Below are positions 25,401 to 39,600 of a stretch of DNA of 64,000 bases, piece after piece; the first letter of the stretch is position 1, and the number at the start of each line of letters is the position of its first letter. Source of the stretch: Vicugna vicugna. Taxonomy: Eukaryota. Made by a program: the position numbers and the translations under genes. Location: contig MU058065.1 of assembly GCA_013265495.1 (NCBI GenBank), positions 8,308,302-8,372,301 of the forward strand, read 5' to 3'. The notes under the pieces are model-generated. The model did not search any database, was not told the DNA's origin, and worked only from the letters and a program-made list of their open reading frames with translations.

Positions 25401-26679
25401 CATCCCTTATGTGTGTTCTAGGACTTGCCAGGGCAGAAAGCACACATGTTGTCACCAGCACATGTCTTCCCCAAACATTATCACATTAATTTATTTGAGT
25501 GAAAACATATTAGCTTTGCTCTGAAACAACAGTACAGGAACACTGTGGCACTGCTTCAAACCACACAAATGGACAAATGGACACACACACACTGGATCAG
25601 CAGGGCGGTAAGCTTGTATTAGAGCCCTCTGAGGTGGGTAACATTGGTTTTCTTGGTTATACAAGTGACAGTAACTATGTAGGGCTTGTCTCATGAAAGT
25701 CAAGGGAAGCACAGAGGTGAGAAGGTCTGCAGCCTTGGCGCTGCTGGGCTGACCACCCCAAGTGCACTGTGTGAGAGAGTCCTTGATCCTGGCTGGAGTT
25801 CAGCCCTGGAACTGGAGCAGTGGTGTTGCGGCCGGGATGGCCCCTGAATGGAGTGGGTCGTCGCTGCCAAAATCCTCCCGAGGGCCTTTCCCTTGCTTCT
25901 CTCACCTGCTTTGGGGGAGAGGACCAACTTTTTTGTGCACCTCCTGCCATGATGCTTTCACAGCCAATTAAAATTCTATTCTATTCCCAGCAAGGGAGCT
26001 GGCAGCCTTGGGTCTCCCCAGCAGGACGGACTGGCTGCAATTACTGTCTCTTCTGGAGCCTGATTAGCTAAGGGGAGGCCAGGATACTTATTCTGCCCCT
26101 AAAGCCCCTTTAAATTAGGAAATGGAGGTTCCCCATCCTATTGCCTCTATTCAGAGTCATCAGTTAATGCAAACATGTTAACCCTTTCTCTTTCACTTTT
26201 GGTAGTGGAACCAGATCAGAAAGCCAGAGATCATCTCTTAACTGTATAGTTCCAGGAATAAAGGGAGGGGAAGACTCCTTGATTCCCTTGGTATCCAAAT
26301 TCCAAATCTTTGGAATAAATTGAGAGCCTACTCTGTTAGGCACAGGCTAGGAGCTGGGGATTCAACAGAAGCTGCAGGTATAAGGTTTAGCGTTACTATG
26401 TTGAAGCTTTGAAAGTGGAAGGTAATGCATAGGAATAATGCATTTAAGGAAAAAGAGGAAGCCCAGAGTGGTGGAAAAGAAAAGGAGAAGGAAATTAATA
26501 CACATGGAAAGTTTACTATGTGCTACACATTTTACATCTATTATAGCATAGAATCCTATAAACACTGCATTTTTACAGGTGATGGAACTAAGTCTCAGAG
26601 AGGTTAAAAAATTGTCGAAGGTCACAGAGCTAATGTAATAAACTGATTGTACTAATGATCCTAGATCTTTATGCTTCCC

Positions 26680-27040
26680 TGTAGCCACTTCCTTTTGGTA
26701 ATGCCTGCTCACACTGACTCTGGGAGACACACATGACTTGCTTTGGCTAATGGGGCATTAGTAAATTTGATGTAAGCAGAGGCTTAAAAAGTGCTTGTGC
26801 ATCAAGGTTTGCCCTCTCTTGGTGGGAACTCTTCCTGCATCATGTGAAGAAGCCTGGGGGTCCTACTGGGTGATAAGAGACCTACGAGCAGAGGTGGACC
26901 ATCCCATCCTAGATCAGCCAGAATCTAGCCAACTCACAGATGCATGAATGAGCCCAGCCAAGATCAGCAGAACCAATCAGCCAACTTATATAGATTTGTG
27001 AAAAATAATAAATGGTTATATTTTAAGCCACTAATTTTGG
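26680..27040 (+). mobile_element. Old MaLR LTR (MLT1-type) nested in an antisense MIR
   Basis: catgacttgctttggctaatgg...gcatgaatgagcccagccaagatcagcagaac...aataaatggttatattttaagccactaattttgggg. MIR halves lie at about 26490-26640 and 27080-27140. Confidence 0.75.
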
Positions 27041-30000
27041 GGTACACGTTCAGGAGCATAGTTAGCAGCTTGAACTAACTGATAGGGCTAGTAAATGGCA
27101 GAATCAGAAGTTGTTTGATCTTAGAGCCTGTGCATTGTCCATCTATCATGAAAAGATAGGAAAAGGGCTGAAATTGTGGCAGGGAAAAAACAGGTTAGAT
27201 GATGGTACGTTTTTAACAACAAATCTGCCAAGTCACACAAGGGTGTTACCGGGACCAATGTGGCGTTCCCATATGTAGGAATCTCAAAGAGAAGTGGTAG
27301 GCAACTATCCAGGTGCAGGGCCTTAGGTGTGGGACCCTTTGGACCCAGGTGTCTTAGCCTTGTAGTTTGCCATCTCAGAGACTGGGCTATGCTAAGACGC
27401 CTGAATACTCCGAGTCATCTCTATCCCACCAGTTCCCCGAGAAGGAAACCCCCCAGAGCACCCAGGCTAAGATGCCGCAGCCTCCAGCTGGCTAGGTGCC
27501 CCTTGGTTCTCTTTCATGGCTGAGACTCTTCCCCCAAGATCACCTCAGTTGCAATGCTGCAGATTCCGAACTTAACTTAGCCCCAATCCTGAAGCCACCT
27601 CCTGCTCCTTCTCGACGTGGAAAAAAAGGGTAGAGAGGAACAGACTGCCTGAATTCCTGAGCCTTCTTTCTCAGGTTACCACAGTCACGGTACTACTGAC
27701 AGTTGCTTCACATGAGAATGTGAAGAAAGGACAAGACCTTGAATACAGGCCAAGAGCAGCAGGGACTGATACACTGTAAGAACATGGATGGAAACTCTTG
27801 TCATCTTTCTGAAGACCAGTATGGCCTTCAGAACGTGTTTAGAGCCTTAAAAATGTCCATGCCCTTTGAATTAGTAATTCCACCCTAGGCCTGTCTTCTA
27901 AGGAAACAATGAAATCATGGCTCACCATGAGAAATGTTTCATTACATAGTGTGAATTTAAAAATACAAGTTATAAACTGGCCGTAAGTTATGATTCTGAT
28001 TTGGGGGAAATTATGTGTGCATGTGTATGTTGGGGGGCTACAGTTATGAGGAAATTTTTGATTTGTTATAAATCTCTACATATTCTTAAGATATAGCCTG
28101 TTCTCTCTCAGCCTCTGGACATGTGGGTCCTTGTCTATCTTAGACATGGCAGGGAAACTGACCTTATAAACTTAAGAGACTGGTGAAGGTCTAGAAAAAA
28201 GGGGGCTGAAATGATGCATGACATGAGAATAGAATCTAAAAACAGAATTTTTCAGTGTGGATGGACGACTGCTGAGGGGAAGAGGAATGCAGTTTTAAAT
28301 AGTCATGCAGTATTAGGGGAGAGAGAACATGGCTGGGTTGCCAAGTCCCAGAAAACAATGGAAAACAAGTCCTGATTTCTTGCTTAACCATCTTGTCATC
28401 TAAAAGAGGTTAAAGGCAGATGAAAGGAAGTAATGTTTTGTATACCAGCCTCTTAGTAAGCGAAATGCAGGCCTAACAACCATGGCGAAAGCAAAGGGTC
28501 TGGACAGGTTTGAGGAAGCGTGTCCTAGCATGTGAGTGTCTCCTGGGCAGGCGCCATCTTGTGTTCTCAGCGCCAAGGCTGCGAGCCAGCGCTCAACCCA
28601 GGCCGCTGAACCGCTCCTAAGAGGAGACTGTGGGCTACAGTCACCATCTTTCGAAAGGAAGCGCTCCTGGTCCACAGGTGTCCCCCGATCTCTAAGTACA
28701 GAGGCTTGGGCTGTTCTGTGAGATTTGGCCGTGTCCTGCACTGGTCCTCACGATATGGGTCTGAGAGAGGGACCTGAAAGCACTGGCAAGCATGGTGGAC
28801 CCCAGGGTCCCCCTCCCCAGCGTTACTCTAACAGGAGCACCCTGTGTGTCGAGGGTGGTGCTCTGACAGGCAGTCTGACCAGAGGCTGAAGGCTGGAGAC
28901 GAAGGTCTTTGAAGACCACCCCTCCTTCCCAGCTTCAGAAGTAAGGAATACAGAATTCTTTCGAACAAAAAGCAAAATTGCCAAGATGACAGAAGCTAAA
29001 ACCACTTGTGGCAGCTTAGCTGAAGCTTGGAGTCAACAGACCGGAGTCTCTTCACACACCATAGTAATTCCAATTCTGCTTAGCAGGCGTGTTCCCGACG
29101 GGGGATCAGAGCCAAGACTTCAGGAATAGTACGCTTCCTTGAGAGGTGTGAAAAGAGCTGGGCTGAACTTTCCACAGACTCTGGAATGGGTGGCACCCAG
29201 TGAGAGGCATCAGTCCTGCAGGGATTGGGATGGACTCATTGAAGCTCTGAACCCAGAGAGGGAGATGTCTGCAACTTGTTCCTGTTTCAGTGCCCCCCTG
29301 CACCACCCTAGGAAAGGCCACAGCCCTCTCTGGGCTTCAGGTTTTTCAGTCTAAATGGAGTATAATCTGAATGAAGCTCATGTTGAAGGAGAAATGCAAG
29401 TCCCAAACAGAGAAAGAACTGAAAAACATTTCAGCGTTTACTGCAATCTCTTTAAAAAGCAGGCAGAGGGAATTACACGGCAAAAATCTCTTTTCCCCTC
29501 TCATACCTCCCTTTCCTTGCTAAGCTCTTCATTACACAGATCATGTTAGCCACTCTGCCCTCCTTCCCTGCACTTCCAAGGGCATTGCAAGGCCCTCAGC
29601 TGGTCTCATAAACACACAAATTCACAGCCTTTCACAGCAAGAGGAGTGATGGCTGAAAACACTCACAGCTTAAGACCTTTACTTACCCCCACAGCAGGCG
29701 GTAGAAACACATACACGTCAGGGAAGGAGGCCTGGGGAGGGCTGGGTCTGAGACGGAGCCATGTGGGTGGATGGAGAGCTGGGGTGTCTGTTTGGTCCTT
29801 CCCTCTCCCTGTAATAACAGGCAGTCAGCAGCACCTGGAGACTCCTGGCCTTCATCACACTGTTATTACCTGTACTCCTTCTCCAGGCTCCCAGGCAGCT
29901 TAAGTACTCACAGGCTTCAGACTGATGAGTTTCATTTACAAGGTGGTAAAGTGAGGTGCTCGGGAAGGCAACAAACTGCAGAGACCCCTCCTCCACAGTG

Positions 30001-33000
30001 CAAGGGAGCAGCATTCTCTGCCTCCCTCCTTTCGTTAGGGCATGAAGAGATTTACGAAGGACAGATGGGCACATGTGCGACAACATACCGTGATGTGCGA
30101 GGAGCATTCACCCTGTGTCAGGCAGGGTTCTGACTCCTCACTGGGTACGATCTCATTGAATCCTCACGAGGCCCTGGGAGGCAGGAAGTACCCCTTGGTC
30201 CCACTTTACATCTGAGCAAACTTGCCAAGGTCACACAGCCGGTCAGTGGCAGAGCAGGGATTCAAACCAGCCAGCCTGGGTTCACCGGCCCCAGTAGCCA
30301 TGCTAGATAGCGCCTCATGCATGCCAAGTGCTTAGAACAACATCTGGCCCCTGGTACGCGATCGGTCAGTGTGAATTAGTAAGAGAGGCAGACACGGCAG
30401 CCCAGACGTCTGTAAAGCAGTGCCGATACACATGACAGGACAGGGGCTCGGGACGCGTAGGTAATTCGCACGACACCCCTCACCTAGTAAGTGGGAGGAC
30501 CAGGACTTGAACCCAACAGTCAAAGCTTGCATACGGGGCTTGGCACATAGTAAGTGCTCAGTAAGTTCTAGCTGTTGGTATTTACCTTCCTTTTTGTCTA
30601 GCTAAGAGTCTTCGAGTCACATAGGAGACTGAAGGTTTGCTAAAGGGTCTCTGTGAGCTTTACAAATGAGTCTTAGCCAACCTGGCATCAAGAGAGTCTC
30701 CGTGGAGTCAGTCTCTGCAGTGCAGCCTGGGAATCTGAACGCTTCACAAGTTTTCCAGGTGATTCTTATGTATGTGAAATTCAGAGAACCAAGGAATCCA
30801 CACTTAGATAGCCTAAACCCACGTCACCAGCCAGAGAGTGGCATAGCTGGGAGTGGCACCCAGGAAAGACCCTACTACTTTTGCTCTGTAAGAGTCAGTC
30901 ATGTGTAAGGTTCTAAGTGCCGAGGGCCATAACTCAGAACATCGGTGATGTGTATACCACGTCATCATAGCTTGTTGACACTGTAACCTCTGCTGTATCC
31001 TCAAAACACGCCGAATGATACAATAACTACTGTGACTAAAAATTAATTTCTGTAGAATTTCACTACAATCCCTTCAAATAACATGAGGGTTTTGCACCAC
31101 GGAAGCTAGGCACCCCTTGCCTGAGTGCAGGGACCACGGAGGGCGGACCCAGGAGGTAACTGAGTATCTGCTGCTTACCTTGCCACTGATTTGTGCCCTT
31201 GGCTTGACCTGACTTGGGAGAAAGAAAGAGAACACGGTGACCTGGAATCTCTGAAATTTCAGTCTGGTGGCCTGGAACCTTGGAAACAGGCCCAGCCCAT
31301 TGCTGTATGCAAATAGCCCAATTCTGGCCAGCGAGGTTTATCAAAGTTATGTTTTTCTATTGAGTCAGGCAAAGGAGTGAGGGCAGATCAGCCTTTAATT
31401 TTAGCTCTTTGGGTAACAACCATGACGGCGACGATGAGCTGTACAGAAAGACACATGGACGGTACATCACACGTGTAGGTCATTAGAAATACAGCTATGA
31501 TTATGAATAGACACATAAAATATGACCTTTCTTTCTGCCGGCCCTCGTGGAGCTTGGTTTGTTTATTATGCAGATCGTGTTTGACTTTATGGAATTGGAT
31601 GTTATTTAAATTCAATTACTGTGAGGTTAAGTTCTTCTTTCTAGTACCAGTTGAGTAAATTTAGAGGCAGTTAGAGAGAATATGGTACATTTGTCTTATC
31701 CCAGTTAAATTAGAGGGAGAAACGCACTGCAGGAATGAAATAACTGTCATGAAAATAGGAAAACATAGTTTGGAGGCTTTGGTTTGGGTTGGTGTGTTTG
31801 TTCTCCATGTCTCTTTTTGTATTCCTTTTTTTTTTTTTGAACTGATGAACAGGAAGACTGAAACATTTTCACGAAGAGGGAGGCAGATTATACCTGGTGT
31901 GTGTGGTGTGTCTGTGTGTGTTTGTGAAAATAAGCTGCTGGCATGAGAGAACTGGAAATAATTATGTGGTTAATTGAATTGAATGTAGATAACTAGAGCT
32001 CATTAAGGCCTTAAATCTTTTTTTTTTCCTGCTTAGTAATAGAGCGCTTTCTTTTTTTTAATCAAATTATTTTGCAACAATTCCCATTTCCTTCTGCCAG
32101 TGTTGACACACTGTTAGTCTCCTGAAGCCAGGTCTGGCCTTGGTGCCATCAAGAGGGGACATGAGTCTTGGATTTGGCCTGCCTGGCCAGGAAGGGAGCA
32201 TGCCACGTGCTATGATGCGTGGCCAGGAGGGGCTCCAGCCAGAAAACAAATTGCTGCCCGTACACTGCCTGACCATACGCAGAGAATTCGGAATGGCTTG
32301 TCTGTGTGTAATAATGGATTCTAGGGCCATGGGGATCTTTGAAGGTCATCATGCCAATCAGCCTGCCTCCCAGAGATAAGGGGGAAACTTGCTTCATCAC
32401 CCGCCTGGGTAGCAGAAGCCACACCCCCTCCCATTTATCTTTTCCACCACAATTTTGCTAGTAAGAAGGCTCTCGCGATAGGTCATTTTTCTTGACCCCA
32501 ATACTAGGACACACTGACCTCTCACAGTTCTGTGGAATCAAGAAATCATTGCGTGCTGTCCCACAGGAAGAAGACCCTGGAATATTCCAGGCTTTCCTTC
32601 TGTTCACTGGCCCCATCTGTGCTCCCGCTTTGTCTCCTTCGTCCCCAGTGCTGTTCCCCTAACTCAGATCACAGTTACACAAATAGTTGGTCAATATCAC
32701 AGACCAGTTTGGCTGCGCCCATAAAGTTGGGAGGATGTGCTATTGATAAGCCTTACTGTTAGCCAGTCCCCCAGATGTGTGGGGTCTGTGGAGTGGTACA
32801 AAGCAGTCCTTTGCTTGCCCTGTTAAGCCAACTGTCCTTCCCCGTAGAGATTACCTTGGATGAGCATTGAGGACTCCCTACTTCCCTTGGCATTCTTCCT
32901 AATTCTCCTTCACAGTCTCAATGAACTTTTCTTACTCCTGTGCCCATTCCTCCCACCACAATACACAGAGTCCACTCCACTCTGGAGGGGAAATTCTAAT

Positions 33001-33133
33001 TTTAAAGCTTTATGTCCTCTGCATCTTCACAGTTGAGCACAAACAGGGCAAGTGAAAATTTCCTTATTTACACAAACTAAATCTCAGAGAAAACTTTAAT
33101 GCATTCCTATGCTTATAAAAATATCTGTCTCTT

Positions 33134-34539
33134 CATAAATTGTAACAATGTTTTCATAAGTCAGTCTCCCAAGGCAACAGAAATAAAAGCAAAAATAAAC
33201 AAATAGGACCTAGTTAAATTTGTAAGCTTTTACACAGCAAAGGAGACCATAAACAAAATGAAAAGACAGCCCACAGACTGGGAGATAATATTTGCAAATG
33301 ATGTGACTGATAAGAGTTTAATTTCCAGAATATACAAACAGCTCATACAACTCAATAACAAACAACCCAATCAAAAACTGGGTGGAAGACCTAAATAGAC
33401 ATTTCTCCAACAAAGACATACAGATAGCCAACAGAAACAGGAAAGACACTGAAATAAATATCACTAATTATCAGAGAAATCCAAATCAAAACTACAATGA
33501 GGTATCACTTCACATCAGTCAGAATGGCCATCATTCAAAAAGTCTACAAATAATAAATGCTGGAGAGGATGTGAAGAAAAGGGAACTCTCCTACATTGTT
33601 GGTGGGAATGTAATTTGGTGCAGCCACTATGGAAAATAGCATGGAGATTTCTCAAAAAAAAAAAAAAAAAAAGACTTATCATTTAATTTAGAAATAACAA
33701 AAACAAACAANNNNNNNNNNNNNNNNNNNNNNNNNNNNNNNNNNNNNNNNNNNNNNNNNNNNNNNNNNNNNNNNNNNNNNNNNNNNNNNNNNNNNNNNNN
33801 NNNNNNNNNNNNNNNNNNNNNNNNNNNNNNNNNNNNNNNNNNNNNNNNNNNNNNNNNNNNNNNNNNNNNNNNNNNNNNNNNNNNNNNNNNNNNNNNNNNN
33901 NNNNNNNNNNNNNNNNNNNNNNNNNNNNNNNNNNNNNNNNNNNNNNNNNNNNNNNNNNNNNNNNNNNNNNNNNNNNNNNNNNNNNNNNNNNNNNNNNNNN
34001 NNNNNNNNNNNNNNNNNTATTTACAATAGCCAAGACATGGAAACAACCTGAATGTCCACTGACAGATGACTGAATAAAGAAGATGTGGTACATTTATACA
34101 ATGGAATACTACTCAGCCATAAAAAGAATGAAATAATGCCATTTGCAGCAACATGGGTGGACCTAGAGATTGTCATACTAAGTGAAGTCAGTCAGACAGA
34201 AAAAGAAAACTACCACGTGATAGCACTTGTATGTGGAATCTAAAAAAATGATACAAATGAAATTATTTACAAAACAGAAACAGACTCACAGACATAGAAA
34301 ACAAATTTATGGTTACCAAAGGGGGAAGGAGGGGGAGGGATAAATTAAGAGTTTGGGATTAGCAGATGCAAACTACTATATATAAAATAAACAAGGTCCT
34401 ACTGTATTCCACAGGGAACTATATTCAGTATTTTGCAATAACCTTTAATTAAAAAGAATATATGTATGATAACTGAATTGCTATGCTGTATACCAGCAAT
34501 TAGCACAACATTGTAAACCAAATATACTTCAAAAAAAAA
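33134..34539 (+). mobile_element. 5'-truncated L1 (ORF2 C-terminus, 3' UTR, poly-A) spanning an assembly gap
   Basis: ORF2 remnant [17 protein letters not shown]; gaatactactcagccataaaaagaatgaaataatgccatttgcagcaacatgg; poly-A at 34531-34539. Degenerate TSD aaaaat..tgtctctt at 33117-33133 and 34535-34550. Confidence 0.93.
33711..34017. other. Assembly gap (307 N)
   Basis: Run of N. Confidence 1.
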
Positions 34540-35129
34540 TCTTGTCTCTTAACTTTGACTTAACAAACGTCTCCTCCTCTCCAAAGGTAGGGGTGTGAGG
34601 AGGGAGTGGCAGGGAGAGTTAAAATCCGTGACCCCACCCATCACTATTACCATGTCAATTAACCACCACATCCAGCCAACACTGCCTGGAACTGAGTTCC
34701 AAGGAGAGGAGCAAAGGAGAAGCTACCTTTGCGTTTGTATGTTAATAGGGATCCAGCAAGGCTGACTCTCTTATCAGGGCTGGAAAGGTAAAGATCTGTG
34801 AACAAGGCTGCTGGGGAGATGAAGAGATGCATCAGAAATAATTATTAGCCTCATTCAGTTACTGGGGTAGTAGATGGTAGAATGTCTATAAACCTGAGAT
34901 GTTTATAACATGAGGATTATTAATAAGAAGGAATGTTATTCAAAGGAGGAAGGAAGGAAACTGATCAATGTTTGAAGTAGTGGAGAAAGTGGCTTTAGAG
35001 ACAAGGAAGTAACTCCTATTATAACCCTTTCCATATTAGCTAGCATTTACTGAGACCTCGCTGTGTGCCTGGCATGATGCTAAATGTATTCCCCTCCTCC
35101 CCCGATTTCACAGATGAGCCGTTTTATTT

Positions 35130-36615
35130 TAATAGACAGGGCCCTCAATGCTGCCAGCAATCCTCTTTATTTCTCTAGTGTAACCACTCTTAAACTCTCC
35201 CAGGTGTCTATTTCACACCAATTCTCAGACCTCCTCCCCCACCTTCACTCTCAGCCCATGACTTGGCTTCATCTAGAAAACGGAAGAAATCAAAAGAAAA
35301 CTTGTCAAATCCATGGTTAACTCTCAGTTCTCATCCAACTGGACCCCTCAGCAGCATTTGACAGGGCCGATTGCTCCCTCTTTCCTGAAACACTTTGGCT
35401 TTTGGAACATCACGTTCTCTTCTCAGCACCCTGACCTTCCCTCTCAGGCTCTCCTACTGGCTTTTTCCCACCTCCTAAGCTCCGATGTCTTGGCATCCTC
35501 CAGGAAGCAGCCCTGGCACCCCTCCCTTCTCCTACCTGCACTCACTCCTTGGCTTGTAGCTTTAAACACCATCTGTATGCCAGTGACTCTCAAATTTATA
35601 TCTTGAGCATGGACCTCCCCTAAACTCCAGCCTGCTGTATATTGCACTTCCTATTTGATGTCTCCATTCAGATATTTAATAGGCATCTCAAAGTTGACCC
35701 GTCCTCCAAAACCTGCCCCTCCCTCTGTCCTGCCCATCTCAACCAAAGGCAACTCTTTAGCCTTCTCATTGCTCAGGTTGCCATCATCCTTGACTTCTAT
35801 CCTCTCATCCACCACATCCAATCTGCCAGCAAATCTGAGTACCTGTATCTTCAAAAATATATCCAGGGACCATTTCTCAGAACTTTCACTGCTACCAGAC
35901 TGGTCCCAAACACCATCATCGCTCGCCTGGGTTCCTGCCTCCCTACTTGGCCCTTACGTCCTTCTAGTCTATTTTCAACACAGCAGCCGGAGGGATCCTG
36001 TCAAATATGGTCAGATCATGTCACTCTTCTCTGCTCAAAACTCTCTCCTGGTTTCCCATCTCATTCACAATAAATACCAAGTACTTATAAGGGCTCATAA
36101 GCCTTGTCTGACCTGTCCCCCCAATTCTTGACCCTCATTATATCTCTGACCTCATTTCCTATTCTCCTTCCCCTCATTCACTCTACTTCAGATACACTGG
36201 CCTCTTTGGTATCCCTAGAATATGTCAGGCATGCTTCTGCCTCAGGGCCTTTGAACTTGATGTTCCCTCTGCCTGGAATGCTCAGGCCCCAGATACCCAC
36301 ATGGATTGCTCCCTTACCTTCCCCAGGTCTTCACTCAAAAGTCTCCATTTGGTGAAGCCTTCCATAGCCATTCTTTGTTAGAATTTCAACCTGTGCCTCC
36401 CTTCCATTTCCCTTTTCCCTGTTTATTTTTTTTTTCCGTAGCAGATAACAACATTTTAGAAACTTATAGTTTACTTATTTTTCTTTTTTAAAAATGTCTG
36501 TCTCTCTTGACTAGAAAATTTTGGTTAGTTACATTCACTGCTGTATCCCTGTCACCTAGAACAGAAATGGGAAGATACTAAAAGTGTATTTGATGAATAA
36601 AGGAATGATTGAATG
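35130..36615 (+). mobile_element. Long L2 fragment (RT 3' region to terminus)
   Basis: C/T-rich L2 text (tcagcagcatttgaca, tcagatcatgtcactcttctctgctcaaaac, cctcagggcctttgaacttg) ending gaatgattgaatgaa. Confidence 0.85.
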
Positions 36616-39600
36616 AAGCCCAGAGAGGTTAAGCAACTTTTCCAGAGTCACACAGACCGTAAAAGCCTGGATATACCCGATTCTGTCTGGAACTAGAGCC
36701 CAAGTGCTTAACTATCATGTTAGTCTCAACAAAGAGAAATGTCCCTAAACTGCACTCCAAGGCTGGTGTGTCTATTGTCCCCTCTGTTCTAATCTCCCAG
36801 AGCTGCAAACTACAGCAGGGCTCGGGCTCTCTTGGTGTCACTAGACTACATACTTTTTTTCTGCTCAGTGGCAAGGATGCCTGGTGCCTCTGTGTGTGTG
36901 GAAGGAGAAGTCTCTGGCTTATCTGCCACTGCTATGGCAACCACATAACCTAAGGACTCCAGAAGAGAGTCCTTTCAGATTGAGATGGGAGAAAAACTGA
37001 AGCAAGGCAGAAACAAACAGACAGAAATCTGTGAATGGAGAAATGACAGAAGTCTTGCTTCTGCAGCTGGCTGTGTCACTGACAGCAAGGAGAACCCATC
37101 CTGCTTTCTTCCTGTCCCAGCAGCTCAGCCACAGTCAGGGGCCATGGACCACCTTGTCCTACCTCTAGATGACCCCACCTAACCCATCCAAGAGGTCTTC
37201 TGCTCAGCGCCCCCAGGGAAGAAGGGCCCTTAAACACTCTCAGTGACCCCGTGGTAACACAGAGGACAGCCCTGGGCCAGAAGTTGGGAGATTCTTATAG
37301 CCATGCTTTGAGGAGATCAGAGTTGCCCACAATGGAAAGATGAAGAAACAAAGCCTCAGAGAGGTTAAGAGACTTGCCCAAGTTTGCACAGCCAGTAAGC
37401 ACTGAAGAGGCACTTAAACCTAAGGAGTTGGTCTCCAAAGACCAAGCTTTCCACTCCTCCCTTCTACCGTGTACCATGGGGGCCAGGGTATTAGAGAAGA
37501 TCCTATTTTTCTTGCCTTAGTCATGGTGGTCTTTGGGCCCCAAAGCTTCGAGCAGATCATCGAGGAAGTGTCTGGTGCCTTTTACATTTAATGAGGCCCT
37601 TTGATCTGTGGAGTTTGCTAAGCACTGCAGACAAGATGGTAATAATCCTCCAGCCCAAAGACTGGAGCCTCAGGAGCTGGGTGTGGGGGCCCATCCTCTG
37701 CCCTGCCCCGGTGCCCATCCAGCCAGTCAATGCACCCTTAACGTGCACCTATGACATGCCCAGTTCTACAGGATACACAGGAGCACCCCAAATCCCGGAG
37801 GAAACAACTGAAGAATGATCAAGTACCAATCTGTGGGTGATGATGCAGGGGGAAAGGCAGGTCCGTAGCTGGTGGCTATGGGAGACTTGATGGAGGAGCC
37901 GGAGCTGGACCAGGGAGGGAGAGACAGAGAAGAGCCCCGCGGGCACAGGTGCAGGAGGGACGGCAGGGACCAGAGCACAGAAGGTGGGATGAGCAGTGAT
38001 GTGGTGAGAAGCTCAGAGTCTGATGTCAGAAAGACTCAGCGTTACATTCTGGCCATGCTACTGGCTGGCTGAGTGACCTTGAGTTGGACATTTAATCCTC
38101 TTTGTTAGGAGTCTCTGTTATATTGAGAGAGATTTACCACCTCCGTTTCCATGTTCTACCATTTTACTTTTTAATAGAGTTTACTGCAAAGAACATCTCC
38201 ATTCAGTCTGACCTGAATCCATCTGGCTGTTGGCTCATTTCCATTTTTCTTGTTCTTAAAGAAGCCCAGGTTGACCAGTCAGAGATGGTACAGGGTCCAG
38301 GTTAAGGCTTCTTAGAAGCCCTAAATACAGAAAAGGTTATGGCTCTCCTCCCAAATGTACATAAAAATATATCAGATCATAAAATACAAAACTGACTTGA
38401 ATGCCAAGGTTAAAATAGCTTCTTTGCAGATTTTGTTTTCTAAAATCCTGGATCATTTCCTTCACCAAAGTTAAACTTTTCTAACAGCTTCAGTGTCCTT
38501 ACTTTCTAGTATTTGTGGCACCCAAAGCAAGTCCCTATCCTGCCTTTTGGGTTGTCCAGTGCCCGGGGAAGAGTGGGTGCCCGGGAGCTCCAGCGGAAAT
38601 TGTACACCCTTGGCCCCTTAGTCGGCGGCCGGGCACTGGGACCAGACCTGGTCATGCTCCCTCCTTCTCCAGATAACGAGGCTGAGGATCGGGGGCTCCA
38701 GTGAGCCCTGAAGGTCCCACATCCAGAGCCATGATGAGAGCCCAGGTCTTGTTATCAGCTGTGCCCTGGCCAGTGGCTCTTCCTGCCCTGTCTCATGGCT
38801 GCTGTTTGGAAAGCAAGAATAGCCTTTGCTGTTGCCTGGCACCGCTGCCAGGAACCGGAAGTAATGTCTCTTACCTGATTGGCAATTTGACATGGCTGCT
38901 TAACAACCCGATTAATCAAACCCAGCTCATCCTGTTGGAATTAATGAGCCTAGGAAATGCTGCCAGGAATAATGAGGGCTTTTGCCCCTCCCCCCAGCAC
39001 CTCTCCCCACTCTCCCCCTCCTAGTTCTTTCTCAGAGCCACACAGCAGCTACTCAATATCAGGGGCCCCTAGGCCTTGATGGGCGTCGTGAGTGCCCTGC
39101 AATGTGGGCATCTCCTGCCTATTCTACCCCTCTCCCAGGAGCCACAGCTGCCCACCTGGAGCCAGAGGCTGGCCATGTCCTAGAGGAGCAAAGCCTCTTG
39201 TTCATCAAACAGATGGGTACACATTCCAACGTGAGTGTTGGATGGGGGGGTCTCATTGTTTCAGGCACTGTACTGGGTGCTAAGGATGCAAAGACAGTAA
39301 TAAGATGGATATAAGATACATATTGCTGTGAGGGGTCACAGTGTAGGGGTGACCCAGAGACACATGGGGAAGTGCTTTAATGGGGGTATGGAAAGGCCCC
39401 AACCCCTCAGCCATAGTGAAGGGGGCCTGTCAATATTGAAGGAGTGCTGGGCACTGAGTGAGGTGCTGAGGTCTCAAGGTTGACAAGTTGGACTGGTTCT
39501 CGTTCTTCTGGAGTGGGCAGTCTTATCCCCATTCTTCAAGGCAGTGCAGGAAACCCCCTGATTAATTTTTTGCTGACTCACTCAAACACAAAGGTTGTTG

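Noticed and set aside
31090..31150. REST/RE1-like sites (two accacgga cores; also an L2-derived near-match at about 39265)
   Set aside because: Each lacks critical positions of the CAGCACC-nn-GGACAG consensus.
33382..34093. L1 ORF2 fragment and X-filled ORFs as genes
   Set aside because: Frameshifted retroelement remnant and artefacts of the N gap.
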